Shown: piece after piece, positions 29,694 to 38,774 of the stretch
Numbering within the stretch: the stretch's first letter is position 1
How the letters are laid out: every line of letters starts with the position of its first letter
From: Bacillota bacterium
GTDB lineage: Bacteria > Bacillota > Dehalobacteriia > UBA4068
Direction of reading: 5' to 3'
Length of the DNA: 64,000 nucleotides
Assembly: GCA_030527285.1 (NCBI GenBank)
Contig: JAUNBC010000001.1
Location: 80,111 to 144,110 of the forward strand
Position numbers and translations under genes: made by a program
The notes under the pieces: model-generated
What the model saw: the letters and a program-made list of their open reading frames with translations, nothing else
Told to the model about the DNA's origin: nothing
The model's database searches: none

Positions 29694-31241
29694 ATGTCAA
29701 AAGAAGCAAAGCTGGAAAAGCTCGCCGCCAAGCGAGAGGAAGTGATGCTCGGCGGCGGTGAAAAGAAGATCGAAAAGCAGCATCAGCAGGGCAAGATGAC
29801 GGCCCGCGAGAGAATTGACGCGCTGCTGGACGAGGGTAGCTTTGTAGAGCTGGATCAGTTCGTTATTCACCGCGGCACGGAGTTCGGTATGGATAAGACA
29901 GGGGCTCCCGGCGAAGGCGTTGTCACCGGCTACGGCACGATGGACGGACGGCTGGTCTACATCTACTCGCAGGATTTCACCATACTGGGCGGTTCTCTGG
30001 GCGAGATGCATGCCGCTAAGATCTGCAAGGTCATGGATATGGCGCTCAAGGTCGGCGCTCCGGTGATCGGCATCAACGATAGCGGCGGCGCGCGCATTCA
30101 GGAAGGCGTGGACGCGCTCAACGGCTATGGCGAAATATTCAGGCGCAACACGCTGGCTTCGGGCGTGATCCCGCAGATCTCCGTGATCATGGGACCCTGC
30201 GCCGGCGGCGCGGTTTATTCTCCGGCGCTGACCGACTATATCTTCATGGTCAATTCCGCCAATATGTTCATCACCGGTCCGCAGGTCATCAAGGCCGTTA
30301 CCGGCGAGGATGTTTCCGCCGAGGCTTTGGGCGGCGCGATGGCGCATAATAAGACCAGCGGTAACGCGCATTTTTATGCCGACAATGAGCCGGAATGCAT
30401 CGGGCAGATCCGTCGTCTGCTCAGCTTCCTGCCCTCCAATAATCTTGCGGGTCCGCCGGTGTTCGCCTGCAACGATCCCGCCGACCGTATGGAGCAGATC
30501 CTTGTCGACCTGGTTCCCGACGATCCGAACAAGTCCTATGATATGCATGACGCGATTATCGCGATCGCCGATAACAAGGATTTCTTTGAAGTCCAGCAGT
30601 ATTACGCCACAAATATCATCACCGGCTTCATCCGCCTGAACGGCGTCAGCGTTGGCGTTATCGCCAATCAGCCCAAGTCGGCCGCCGGTTGCCTCGACAT
30701 CAACGCCTCGGATAAAGCCGGACGGCATATCCGCTTCTGCGACGCGATGGGTATTCCGCTTTTGACCTTTGTCGATACTCCCGGCTATCTGCCCGGCGTA
30801 GCGCAAGAGCATGGCGGCATCATCCGTCACGGCGCCAAGCTGCTGTACGCTTATTCCGAGGCCACTGTGCCCAAGCTGACCGTGATCACGCGTAAGGCTT
30901 ACGGCGGCGCTTATCTGGCGATGTGCGCCAAGAGTCTTGGCGCTGATATGGCCATTGCCTGGCCGTCCGCGCAGATCGCCGTTATGGGAGCACAGGGCGC
31001 TGCCAATATCGTGTTCCGCAAGGATATAGAGGGCGCTGATGATCCGCAGGCCAAGCGTCAGGAAAAGATCGCCGAATATGAGGAGAAATTCTCCAATCCG
31101 TACTGTGCCGCCGCTCGCGGCCTCGTGGATATGGTGATCGAGCCGGAATATACGCGCATACATTTGATCAAGGCGCTGGATTCTCTGTTGACCAAGAAAG
31201 AGGCGCGCCCCGGTAAAAAACACGGCAATCTGCCGGTTTAA
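29694..31241 (+). CDS. mmdA: Methylmalonyl-CoA decarboxylase alpha (carboxyltransferase)
   Basis: GKMTARER, DSGGARIQEG, GPCAGGAVY, RKAYGGAY, KKHGNLP. Confidence 0.9.
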   Translation: MSKEAKLEKLAAKREEVMLGGGEKKIEKQHQQGKMTARERIDALLDEGSFVELDQFVIHRGTEFGMDKTGAPGEGVVTGYGTMDGRLVYIYSQDFTILGGSLGEMHAAKICKVMDMALKVGAPVIGINDSGGARIQEGVDALNGYGEIFRRNTLASGVIPQISVIMGPCAGGAVYSPALTDYIFMVNSANMFITGPQVIKAVTGEDVSAEALGGAMAHNKTSGNAHFYADNEPECIGQIRRLLSFLPSNNLAGPPVFACNDPADRMEQILVDLVPDDPNKSYDMHDAIIAIADNKDFFEVQQYYATNIITGFIRLNGVSVGVIANQPKSAAGCLDINASDKAGRHIRFCDAMGIPLLTFVDTPGYLPGVAQEHGGIIRHGAKLLYAYSEATVPKLTVITRKAYGGAYLAMCAKSLGADMAIAWPSAQIAVMGAQGAANIVFRKDIEGADDPQAKRQEKIAEYEEKFSNPYCAAARGLVDMVIEPEYTRIHLIKALDSLLTKKEARPGKKHGNLPV

Positions 31242-31255
31242 GGAGGGTGTAATCA

Positions 31256-31648
31256 ATGGGTATTTTATACATAGGCAGCATGACGACGTTGATCGGTATG
31301 GCCGGTATTTTTCTGGTATTGGCCGTATTGTCCATAGCTACGTTGGGTATGGACCGAATCGTCAACGCTATGGAGAGCAAAAGCAGAAAAAAAGCACAGG
31401 CGGCGCTTAAGGCGACTGAGCAGCCTGCGGTTGCCGCCGTTCCCGCTGCACCCGCTGCTCAGGCTGTTGCCGAGGCCGGTATTTCTCCCGCCAAGGTAGC
31501 CGCTATCGTGGCCGCGATCTCCGCCGCCAGCGGCCGTCCGGTCGCTCAGCTCAAATTCAATGCTATTCGCCGCGGTAGTGGCGCAACCAATAGTTGGTCG
31601 AATAGCGGCGTTGCGGAAATCATCAATACCAGACAACAATATCTATAA
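31256..31648 (+). CDS. mmdD: Na+-translocating decarboxylase delta/gamma (OadG-family) subunit
   Basis: Single N-terminal TM, Ala/Pro linker, VAAIVAAI, SWSNSG. Confidence 0.8.
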   Translation: MGILYIGSMTTLIGMAGIFLVLAVLSIATLGMDRIVNAMESKSRKKAQAALKATEQPAVAAVPAAPAAQAVAEAGISPAKVAAIVAAISAASGRPVAQLKFNAIRRGSGATNSWSNSGVAEIINTRQQYL

Positions 31649-31669
31649 TATTAGGAGGGTACGATCCAT

Positions 31670-32017
31670 ATGAAAAAGTATAATGTTAATGTTAACGGCG
31701 AAGCCTTTGTAGTCGAGGTAGAGGAGATCGGCGGCGCGCCCGCGCCGAAGGCCGCTCCCGCTCCGGCTCCTGCCGCCGCTGCCGCTCCCGCCGCCGCTGC
31801 CGGCGAAAATGTTATCACATCTCCGCTGCCCGGCACTGTGCTGAAGGTTTTGGCTTCCGCCGGACAGGCGGTCAAAACCGGTGACGTGCTGATGGTCGTT
31901 GAAGCGATGAAGATGGAGAATGAGATCGTAGCGCCCGCAGACGGCACTGTCAAATCAGTAGCGGTCTCTGTCGGCGCCATTGTCCAGACGGATGATGTTT
32001 TACTGATAATGATGTAA
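31670..32017 (+). CDS. mmdC: Biotin carboxyl carrier subunit
   Basis: YNVNVNG, Ala/Pro linker, EAMKM. Confidence 0.92.
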   Translation: MKKYNVNVNGEAFVVEVEEIGGAPAPKAAPAPAPAAAAAPAAAAGENVITSPLPGTVLKVLASAGQAVKTGDVLMVVEAMKMENEIVAPADGTVKSVAVSVGAIVQTDDVLLIMM

Positions 32018-32053
32018 AGCACCATGCGGAATACGTTGTAAAGGGGTGTTATA

Positions 32054-33253
32054 ATGCAAGCGGATTTTTCAGTAGCCGAGGTTGTTGAAGGCTTATACTT
32101 AGATAGTTCCTTTTCCGTATTGGACTGGCGTTCCTGCGTGATGATATTAGTCGCTTTCTTATTATTCTATCTGGCGATCAAGAAGGAGTTTGAGCCGCTG
32201 CTGCTGGTCCCTATCGCCTTTGGTATGATGCTGGCTAATATCCCGCTGGCGCATTTGATGGCGGAGCCGGTTCGTTCTATCGGCGCGGATGGTCTGCCGG
32301 TGGTAGAAAAGATCGGCGGTCTGCTGTGGTATATGTATCAGGGCGATGAGTTGAGTATTTTCCCGCCGCTGATTTTCATGGGTATCGGCGCGATGACCGA
32401 CTTTGGTCCGCTGATCTCCAATGCCAAATCGTTGCTGATCGGCGCTGCGGCGCAGTTGGGCGTATTTATTGCCTTTTGGCTGGCCTTGTTCGTACATGAG
32501 TTTGTGCCTGGCATCGAGTTCACCTCCGCTGAGGCGGCGGCCATCGGTATCATCGGCGGCGCGGACGGGCCGGTCGTTATCTATCTGGCCACCAAGCTGG
32601 CGCCGCATATGCTCGGCCCATTGGCGGTGGCCGCCTACTCCTACATGGCGCTGGTGCCGATCATCCTGCCGCCGGTCGCGCGCGCGCTGACCACGCATAA
32701 AGAGAGAATGATCGTCATGAAACAGCTGCGCCCGGTATCCAAGACTACCAAGATCATCTTCCCGATACTCTCCACCGTGCTGGTATCGCTGATCTTGCCG
32801 GAAGCCGCTCCGCTGGTCGGTATGCTGATGCTCGGTAACCTGTTCCGTGAGTCCGGCGTGGTCGATCGTCTGTCCGAGGTCGCGCAGAACGCTCTGATGA
32901 ATATGCTGACCATTTTCCTCGGAGTTTCCGTCGGCGCTACCGCTTCGGGCGCGGAATTCCTGCAATGGGGCACGATCGCCATATTCGTCCTCGGCTGTTT
33001 CGCCTTTGCCGGCGGCGCCGCGGGCGGCGTGCTGTTCGTCAAGTTCCTCAATCTGTTCTGCAAAGAGAAGACCAATCCGCTGCTCGGCTTGGCTGGCGTA
33101 TCCGCCGTGCCGATGAGCGCCCGCGTCGCGCATAAGATGGGTCAGGAGGAGAACCCCAAGAACTGGCTGATCATGCATGCGATGGGGCCGAACGTGGCCG
33201 GCGTTATCGGTACCTCGGTCGCCGCAGCGATGTTGCTGACGATGTTCGGTTAA
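32054..33253 (+). CDS. mmdB: Na+-translocating decarboxylase beta subunit (OadB family)
   Basis: EPLLLVPI, GAMTDFGP, IGGADGP, NPLLGLAGVSAVPMSAR, HAMGPNVAG. Confidence 0.93.
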   Translation: MQADFSVAEVVEGLYLDSSFSVLDWRSCVMILVAFLLFYLAIKKEFEPLLLVPIAFGMMLANIPLAHLMAEPVRSIGADGLPVVEKIGGLLWYMYQGDELSIFPPLIFMGIGAMTDFGPLISNAKSLLIGAAAQLGVFIAFWLALFVHEFVPGIEFTSAEAAAIGIIGGADGPVVIYLATKLAPHMLGPLAVAAYSYMALVPIILPPVARALTTHKERMIVMKQLRPVSKTTKIIFPILSTVLVSLILPEAAPLVGMLMLGNLFRESGVVDRLSEVAQNALMNMLTIFLGVSVGATASGAEFLQWGTIAIFVLGCFAFAGGAAGGVLFVKFLNLFCKEKTNPLLGLAGVSAVPMSARVAHKMGQEENPKNWLIMHAMGPNVAGVIGTSVAAAMLLTMFG

Positions 33254-33257
33254 GCCG

Positions 33258-33372
33258 GGGTCTGTTTCCAAACTGCGCGATACGTTCCCGCCTGCCTATG
33301 GGGACGTCAGACCGCGAGCAAGCTCTTTATCGGGCTGCGGAACGAGCGCGTTCGAAATCTATCGACACGCTG
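33258..33372. mobile_element. Degenerate miniature inverted-repeat element (copy 1)
   Basis: AAAC-GCGCGATAC shared with the 49631 element; right end TATCGACACGCTG is the reverse complement of the 63211 element left end. Confidence 0.5.
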
Positions 33373-33454
33373 ACAGCCTCAAGCGTATGCTTGGGGCTGT
33401 CATTTCTATTTAGACAAAGAGTAACGCCCAACCAGCTGCGTTGGGCGTTACTCT
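33371..33454. terminator. Two adjacent hairpins (probable terminators for mmdB and the convergent peptide cluster)
   Basis: TGACAGCCTCAAGC..GCTTGGGGCTGTCA and AGAGTAACGCCCAAC..GTTGGGCGTTACTCT. Confidence 0.65.
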
Positions 33455-33549
33455 CGGCATGTTATATATTTGGAATTATATGTCTGCATCGAAGCTTGTT
33501 GACGTGAGTGGGGGATAATACCACCTCCCGGTGATGAGTTCCGCGGGTC

Positions 33550-33618
33550 TTAGCCCATGATCAGCAAAGCGGCGACGACGATAGCAATAGCTCCATAAAT
33601 AAAGATATACTTTTTCAT
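33550..33618 (-). CDS. 22-aa hydrophobic peptide MKKYIFIYGAIAIVVAALLIMG
   Basis: RBS AAAGGAGGTGAATATC-ATG; paralogue of 33719-33787. Confidence 0.8.
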   Translation of the reverse strand: MKKYIFIYGAIAIVVAALLIMG

Positions 33619-33718
33619 GATATTCACCTCCTTTGATAATTAGCTGTTGTGGTATGTTGCCTGGTTTAATACATTAGGCAGTATTCCGGTAATGATAGCT
33701 GTAAACTAAGCGTTTTGT

Positions 33719-33787
33719 TTAACCCATGAGCAGCAAAGCGGCGACGACGAGGGCGATAGCGCCATAGATAAAGATATACTTTTTCAT
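33719..33787 (-). CDS. 22-aa hydrophobic peptide MKKYIFIYGAIALVVAALLLMG
   Basis: Identical 16-nt RBS leader; differs from the paralogue by 5 synonymous and 2 L/I changes. Confidence 0.8.
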   Translation of the reverse strand: MKKYIFIYGAIALVVAALLLMG

Positions 33788-33859
33788 GATATTCACCTCC
33801 TTTTTCATTTTTCAGCTTGCGGCCGGTTGCGGCCGGTGATAATATATAGCTCGGCTTTT

Positions 33860-33943
33860 TTAGATTATCAGCAGAAGGATGAAGCCTAAGCCGATGGTGA
33901 AGATCAGCGACAGGTCGATGCATATCGGTAACGTGAATTTCAT
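33860..33943 (-). CDS. 27-aa hydrophobic peptide MKFTLPICIDLSLIFTIGLGFILLLII
   Basis: RBS AAGGAGG 7 nt before ATG 33943 (alternative ATG 33949); single TM-like helix; same strand as the paralogue pair. Confidence 0.6.
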   Translation of the reverse strand: MKFTLPICIDLSLIFTIGLGFILLLII

Positions 33944-34165
33944 GTTCATCCCTCCTTTTTTTAATCTCCTTTACTTTGTGTGGTTTTTGCGGTAAAATAT
34001 TAGTAGTTGCGGACTTCGTTTCTTATCTCTTTCTTGATTATATTTTAGCTAAATTATGCCAATCAGTACATAGATAAATAATCGAAAAATTCTATTTTTG
34101 CCTTAAAAAATAAGTTCTTTTGCAATTTTCACATAATTTAATTAATTATGGATAGGAGGGCTAAT

Positions 34166-34711
34166 ATGGAGCTGAATATTGACGAGGTAGACCATCAAAT
34201 ACTGCGTATCTTGCAGGAGGATGGCCGCATCACGATCAAGGAGCTGGCCGAGCAGGTGTCGATGAGCTCTCCGGCGGTAGCCGAGCGGATGCGGCGCTTG
34301 GAGGAGAATGGCGTCATAGAGGGTTATCGCGCCGTGGTCAATCCGAATAAGCTGGGCTTGAGCGTGCACGGTTATTTGATCGCCGACGTGCCGATAAGCA
34401 AGCGCGATCAGTTTTACCGCTATGTATTTGAACAGCGGGCGTTTATATCCGGCGCAACTGTCATGTCCGGCGGCAAGGAGGCGGTATTACAGTTTTGCTG
34501 CCGCGACGCCGCGCAATGGATGAATATACAGAACGACTTTTTTGATATCGCGCAGGTCACCACGCATCTATGCACTTATCCGCCGTTCAAAAACGCTATC
34601 ATTGACCCGCAGGTGGCTGTTGACGACGAGCGCGAGCAATACGCCTTCCTCGAAACCATACGCAAGATCGCCGCGGACGAGCAGAAGCAGAATAATAAGG
34701 GCAAGCGCTGA
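34166..34711 (+). CDS. Lrp/AsnC family transcriptional regulator
   Basis: DEVDHQILRILQEDGR..LAEQVSMS..ERMRRLEENGVIEGY. Confidence 0.9.
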   Translation: MELNIDEVDHQILRILQEDGRITIKELAEQVSMSSPAVAERMRRLEENGVIEGYRAVVNPNKLGLSVHGYLIADVPISKRDQFYRYVFEQRAFISGATVMSGGKEAVLQFCCRDAAQWMNIQNDFFDIAQVTTHLCTYPPFKNAIIDPQVAVDDEREQYAFLETIRKIAADEQKQNNKGKR

Positions 34712-34714
34712 GCA

Positions 34715-37504
34715 ATGGCAGATATCGTCATCATCGACATCGAGACCAGCGGTCTGGACGCGGAACGCGAGCAGATCATCGAGCTGGCGGCGGTCAAAGT
34801 ACGCCGCGGATTGATCGTGGACAGTTTCTCCTCGCTGGTAGCCTGCGAACGCTGCTTGAGCGAGGAGATCGTGGCGCTGACCGGCATCAGCGAGGAAATG
34901 CTGATCGGTCAGCCGGCTGTGGAAGAGGTGATAGCGCGGCTGGAGCAATTCGTCGGCGATGCGGCGATCGGCGCGCATAACGCCGGCTTCGATCGCGGCT
35001 TCGTGCAGCGTGCATGGGCGGATCAGCGGCCATGGCTGGATACGATCACATTGGCGCAGATCGTCTATCCGTGCAGCTCGTCCTATTCCCTGGCCTGGCT
35101 GTGCGACAGCCTCGGCATCGACAATCGCTCCGCGCATCGCGCGCTGGGCGACGCTATGGCAACCGCCGAGCTGTATATACTGCTGGAGAAGGGGCTGGCG
35201 GCGCTGCCGCCGCGCGCCAAGGAGGATCTGCTGCAATTAGCCGGCGACGAGGATACGCCGCTCGGCGAGCTGCTGCGCCGTCATTGCCGCGTCAAGGCCT
35301 CGGACAGCGTGGACGGCGGGCGCGTCGGCAAACGCGAAGCAACGCCGCGCCGCCGTGAGAGCGGCGAGTACAGCGTGTCCAAGGACGATATCGCCAGCTA
35401 TATCTCAGCCGACGCCGAGCATCAGCAGCGTATCGAGGGCTTTGAATTTCGACCGCAGCAGCTGGAAATGTCCTGCGCTGTGGCTGACGCTTTGAACGAG
35501 CGCGAATATTTGCTGGTCGAGGCTGGTACGGGTACGGGCAAGTCGCTGGCCTATTTGCTGCCGTCGGCGCTGTTCGCGCTGGGCAGCGGCAATCAGGTGG
35601 CGATATCCACGCATACGCGCAATTTACAGGAGCAATTGCTGAACAAGGATATACCGATGCTGGCCAAGCTGCTGGACCGGCCGCTGCGCGCCGCGCTGCT
35701 CAAGGGGCGCGGCAATTATCTGTGTAAGCGGCTATATAAGTATCTGCTCAAAGAACCGCCGGAAAATCTGCGCTATTTTCTGATGCGCGTGGCCGTATGG
35801 TCGGCATTGTCGGCTACCGGCGACGGCGGCGAGATGGGCGTCAACGCTTATGAGCGCTGGAAATGGCAGCGGCTTTGCGCCTCGCGGGAGAATTGCGCGC
35901 CCTTTTGCCCTTATTCGCGCAACGGCGCCTGCTATGTGCAGCAGGCGCGCTTGGCGGCAGCGGCGGCGGATATACTGATACTCAACCATTCGCTGCTGAT
36001 CGCCAATGCGGCGATAGAGAAGGGCTTTTTGCCGGCGCTGCCTTTTTTGATCGTCGATGAAGCGCAGCATTTAGAAGGCGCGGCCGAGGATCAATTATCC
36101 TCGCAGATCGATTTCTATGCGATACTGAACCTGCTCGCGCGCCTGCGGCGGCGGGAGAAGGGCAGGGCGGCAGGCAGCATCGTTACGCTGCGTAAACGGC
36201 TGGACGACGTGTTCCTCGACAGCCAATTACGCGAAACGGCGCTCACGGTGCTGGACGGCCTGGAGAGCTCGCTGGATAATACGGTGGAGCTGGCGGAGCG
36301 ATTTTTTTTACTGATCGCCGAGTATTTCAAGCCGCAGTTGAGCCGCGCCGACTATTTCCCTCTCAAACAGCGTGTGCTCGATGATTATCGGGAGAGCGAG
36401 GCCTGGCAGGATATCAGCGAGCGCGGCCGCGAGCTGATAAACGCGCTGACCGGCGCGCATAAGCAATGCTTCCGTCTCTGGGACTTGCTGAGCGGCGCGG
36501 AGGAGCAGCGGGAGGAGGAGCAGCCGCGCGCCGCTGATGGCGCGGAGGACGTATACGCCGCCGGCTTGCATTGCCGCGAATTGGCGCAGACCCTGGAATT
36601 ATGCTTGGACGGCGACGATAATTACGTAATATGGATAGAGTTTGCCGATAAGGACAAAAAACCGTCGCTGAACGCCGCGCCGGTAGAGCTGAATGAGCTG
36701 CTCAACTATTGCTTGTATCAGAATACCGAGGCGCTGGTAATGACCTCGGCCACTCTGTCCGCCGGACGCGGCGGCTTCAGCTTCTTCAAAAAGCGGCTCG
36801 GTTTGGATCTGACGGATAAACCGCTGACGGAATTGGTATTAAGCTCGCCCTTCTATTATCGTGAGCAGGCCTTATGCGCCATAGTCAACGATCTGCCCGA
36901 TTGGAGCAATTGCGGCGACGCTATCGCCGCGCCACAGATCGCGCAGACCTTGCTCAAGCTGCTCAGCGCTTCCCAAGGGCGGGCGATAGTGCTGTTTACC
37001 TCGCATCAGCAGTTGAATAACGTCTATCAGCAGATCAAAACGCCGCTGGCGCAGCGGGGGATAACGGTGCTGGCGCATGGCGCGAGCGGCGATCCTTCGC
37101 ATTTGCTGCAGCGGCTGAAAAAAGAACGGCAATGCTGTATCCTCGGAGCGAACAGCTTCTGGGAAGGCGTTGACGTACTGGGCGAGGCGCTGTCGCTGAT
37201 CGTGGTAGTGCGGCTGCCTTTCTGGCCGCCTAATTCACCGATCGCCGCCTCGCGGATGGAGCGCATCGAGCAATCCGGCGGCTCATCTTTTGCCGAATAT
37301 AGCTTGCCGCAAGCGCTGATCCGCTTCAAGCAGGGCTTCGGCCGTTTGATACGCTCCGATAAGGATAGCGGCGTGTTCTGCGTGCTCGACAGGCGCATCA
37401 TCGAGAAAAGCTACGGGCGCAGCTTCATCAAGTCGCTGCCCGATATGGAGGTCGTGATCGGCGGCAGCGACGAGATCGCGGCGCAGATCAAAAAGCGGAT
37501 ATAG
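34715..37504 (+). CDS. dinG: DinG-family helicase with N-terminal DEDDh 3'-5' exonuclease
   Basis: DIETSG, HNAGFD, HRALGDA; EAGTGTGKS, DEAQH, TSAT, QGFGRLIR. Confidence 0.92.
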   Translation: MADIVIIDIETSGLDAEREQIIELAAVKVRRGLIVDSFSSLVACERCLSEEIVALTGISEEMLIGQPAVEEVIARLEQFVGDAAIGAHNAGFDRGFVQRAWADQRPWLDTITLAQIVYPCSSSYSLAWLCDSLGIDNRSAHRALGDAMATAELYILLEKGLAALPPRAKEDLLQLAGDEDTPLGELLRRHCRVKASDSVDGGRVGKREATPRRRESGEYSVSKDDIASYISADAEHQQRIEGFEFRPQQLEMSCAVADALNEREYLLVEAGTGTGKSLAYLLPSALFALGSGNQVAISTHTRNLQEQLLNKDIPMLAKLLDRPLRAALLKGRGNYLCKRLYKYLLKEPPENLRYFLMRVAVWSALSATGDGGEMGVNAYERWKWQRLCASRENCAPFCPYSRNGACYVQQARLAAAAADILILNHSLLIANAAIEKGFLPALPFLIVDEAQHLEGAAEDQLSSQIDFYAILNLLARLRRREKGRAAGSIVTLRKRLDDVFLDSQLRETALTVLDGLESSLDNTVELAERFFLLIAEYFKPQLSRADYFPLKQRVLDDYRESEAWQDISERGRELINALTGAHKQCFRLWDLLSGAEEQREEEQPRAADGAEDVYAAGLHCRELAQTLELCLDGDDNYVIWIEFADKDKKPSLNAAPVELNELLNYCLYQNTEALVMTSATLSAGRGGFSFFKKRLGLDLTDKPLTELVLSSPFYYREQALCAIVNDLPDWSNCGDAIAAPQIAQTLLKLLSASQGRAIVLFTSHQQLNNVYQQIKTPLAQRGITVLAHGASGDPSHLLQRLKKERQCCILGANSFWEGVDVLGEALSLIVVVRLPFWPPNSPIAASRMERIEQSGGSSFAEYSLPQALIRFKQGFGRLIRSDKDSGVFCVLDRRIIEKSYGRSFIKSLPDMEVVIGGSDEIAAQIKKRI

Positions 37505-37515
37505 AAATAAGAGGA

Positions 37516-37542
37516 ACATTTTGCGCGGCGCAACATATGATA
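37516..37542 (+). promoter_or_regulatory. Putative mother-cell (sigma-K/sigma-E-type) promoter
   Basis: AC-16nt-CATATGATA upstream of the spoVM-like ORF. Confidence 0.45.
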
Positions 37543-37564
37543 TAAAAAAACGGAGGTCGCCGCG

Positions 37565-37645
37565 ATGAAGATTTACTATATAAAACTGCCGCAACCGGTC
37601 AAGAAAGTGTTAGCTATAAGGCAGCAGAAAAAGAGCGGGGATTAG
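37565..37645 (+). CDS. SpoVM-like 26-aa peptide MKIYYIKLPQPVKKVLAIRQQKKSGD
   Basis: MKxYxIKLP with Pro9 as in SpoVM, same length; RBS GGAGGT; terminator hairpin 37634-37662. Confidence 0.6.
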   Translation: MKIYYIKLPQPVKKVLAIRQQKKSGD

Positions 37646-37673
37646 CCATTATCCCCGCTTTTGCGCGGCCGCG

Positions 37674-38039
37674 TCAACGGATACCGAATACGCCGCCGAT
37701 CATGCCGCAGAGCATAAAATACACGCATTTCGCCGGCAGCTCCGTGACCGTGGTCGAGCCGAACAGCAGCATCACCAGCAATAGCAGCGCCGCCGTCAAC
37801 AGGCCGATCAGCAGTCCGTGGCGTTTGCTCACATAGCCGGCCACCGCGCCGCCGGCGAAAACGCCGAGCGCATTGATAACGATGGCCAGCCCCGGCAAAA
37901 CGCTTTCGCTCAGCGGCGTCAGCTGCACGATCAGCGCCGCCGGCAGCGAGAGCAGCAGCATCAGTAGAATAGCGGCGATCAGGCCGTAGGCGACGCTTTT
38001 GGCGCTATGTAAAAAGAAACTATTGGCAGTATCCGGCAT
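37674..38039 (-). CDS. TIGR04086-like 4-TM membrane protein
   Basis: GGAVAG..KRHGLLIG, C-terminal GMIGGVFG. Confidence 0.7.
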   Translation of the reverse strand: MPDTANSFFLHSAKSVAYGLIAAILLMLLLSLPAALIVQLTPLSESVLPGLAIVINALGVFAGGAVAGYVSKRHGLLIGLLTAALLLLVMLLFGSTTVTELPAKCVYFMLCGMIGGVFGIR

Positions 38040-38094
38040 AAGTCCTCCAAAAAATGGGTTTGCTTAATAGTATGCTTTAACTTTGGCGATATGC

Positions 38095-38123
38095 TTGACG
38101 ATAGCCGTCAAAAAGAATACAAT
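38095..38123 (+). promoter_or_regulatory. Sigma-A promoter of folE-lepB-surE
   Basis: TTGACG-17nt-TACAAT. Confidence 0.65.
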
Positions 38124-38180
38124 TAGGATAATCGCATCGGCTCTGCGTGCGGTGCGACGGAGAGCAGCAGGAGGAAGCAC

Positions 38181-38753
38181 ATGAGCAAGCAGCAAATGGA
38201 CAAGCAGCGTATCGCGGCCGCAGTGCGCGAGATCATCGAGGCGGTGGGCGAGGACCCTGATCGCGAGGGTCTGCTGCGCACGCCGCAGCGCGTGGCCGAT
38301 ATGTATGCGGAAATATTAGACGGTATTGGCGAGGATCCGACCAAGCACTTGATCACCCAATTTACCGAGGATAAGCATGGTGAAATGGTGATCGTGCGCG
38401 ATATACCCTTTTCTTCGATCTGCGAGCATCATCTGCTGCCCTTTATCGGTAAGGCGCATGTCGCCTATATACCCGAGGGCGGACGCATCACCGGCCTGTC
38501 GAAGATCGCCCGCGTCATTGAAGGCTATTCGCATCGCCCGCAATTACAGGAGCGGCTGACTACCGAGATCGCCGACGCGTTGATGAGTACGCTCAAGCCG
38601 CAGGGCGTTCTGGTGATCTTGGAGGCCGAGCATCTGTGCATGAGCATTCGCGGCGTGAAAAAGCCCGGTACGCAGACCGTCACCTCGGCGGTGCGCGGCT
38701 GCTTCCATGTCGGAGCGACGCGCAGCGAAGCCTTGAGCCTGATCAGGTCATAA
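38181..38753 (+). CDS. folE: GTP cyclohydrolase I
   Basis: [33 protein letters not shown]. Confidence 0.97.
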   Translation: MSKQQMDKQRIAAAVREIIEAVGEDPDREGLLRTPQRVADMYAEILDGIGEDPTKHLITQFTEDKHGEMVIVRDIPFSSICEHHLLPFIGKAHVAYIPEGGRITGLSKIARVIEGYSHRPQLQERLTTEIADALMSTLKPQGVLVILEAEHLCMSIRGVKKPGTQTVTSAVRGCFHVGATRSEALSLIRS

Positions 38754-38774
38754 GCCAAATAAGCGGAGCGTGCT

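Noticed and set aside
29697-31256. Long antisense ORFs (also 42479-43831, 47973-49361, 6752-7885, 32162-33271)
   Set aside because: Shadow frames of well-supported genes in GC-rich DNA, with no RBS or motifs
31735-31803. GCC/GCT low-complexity repeats
   Set aside because: Encode the normal Ala/Pro linker of the biotin carrier
32054-33253. Altered ion specificity of MmdB (DGPV instead of the usual DGPT)
   Set aside because: The main catalytic Asp and the Asn/Ser/Arg motif are intact; one substitution is too weak to call
33450-33530. Fourth peptide behind the RBS-like GGGAGGTGG on the minus strand
   Set aside because: No ATG/GTG/TTG at a usable spacing; would need an ATT/ATC start and the product is not hydrophobic
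33550-33803. Direct repeat as a CRISPR array
   Set aside because: Only two ~85-nt copies, the changes follow codon structure, and no cas genes are present
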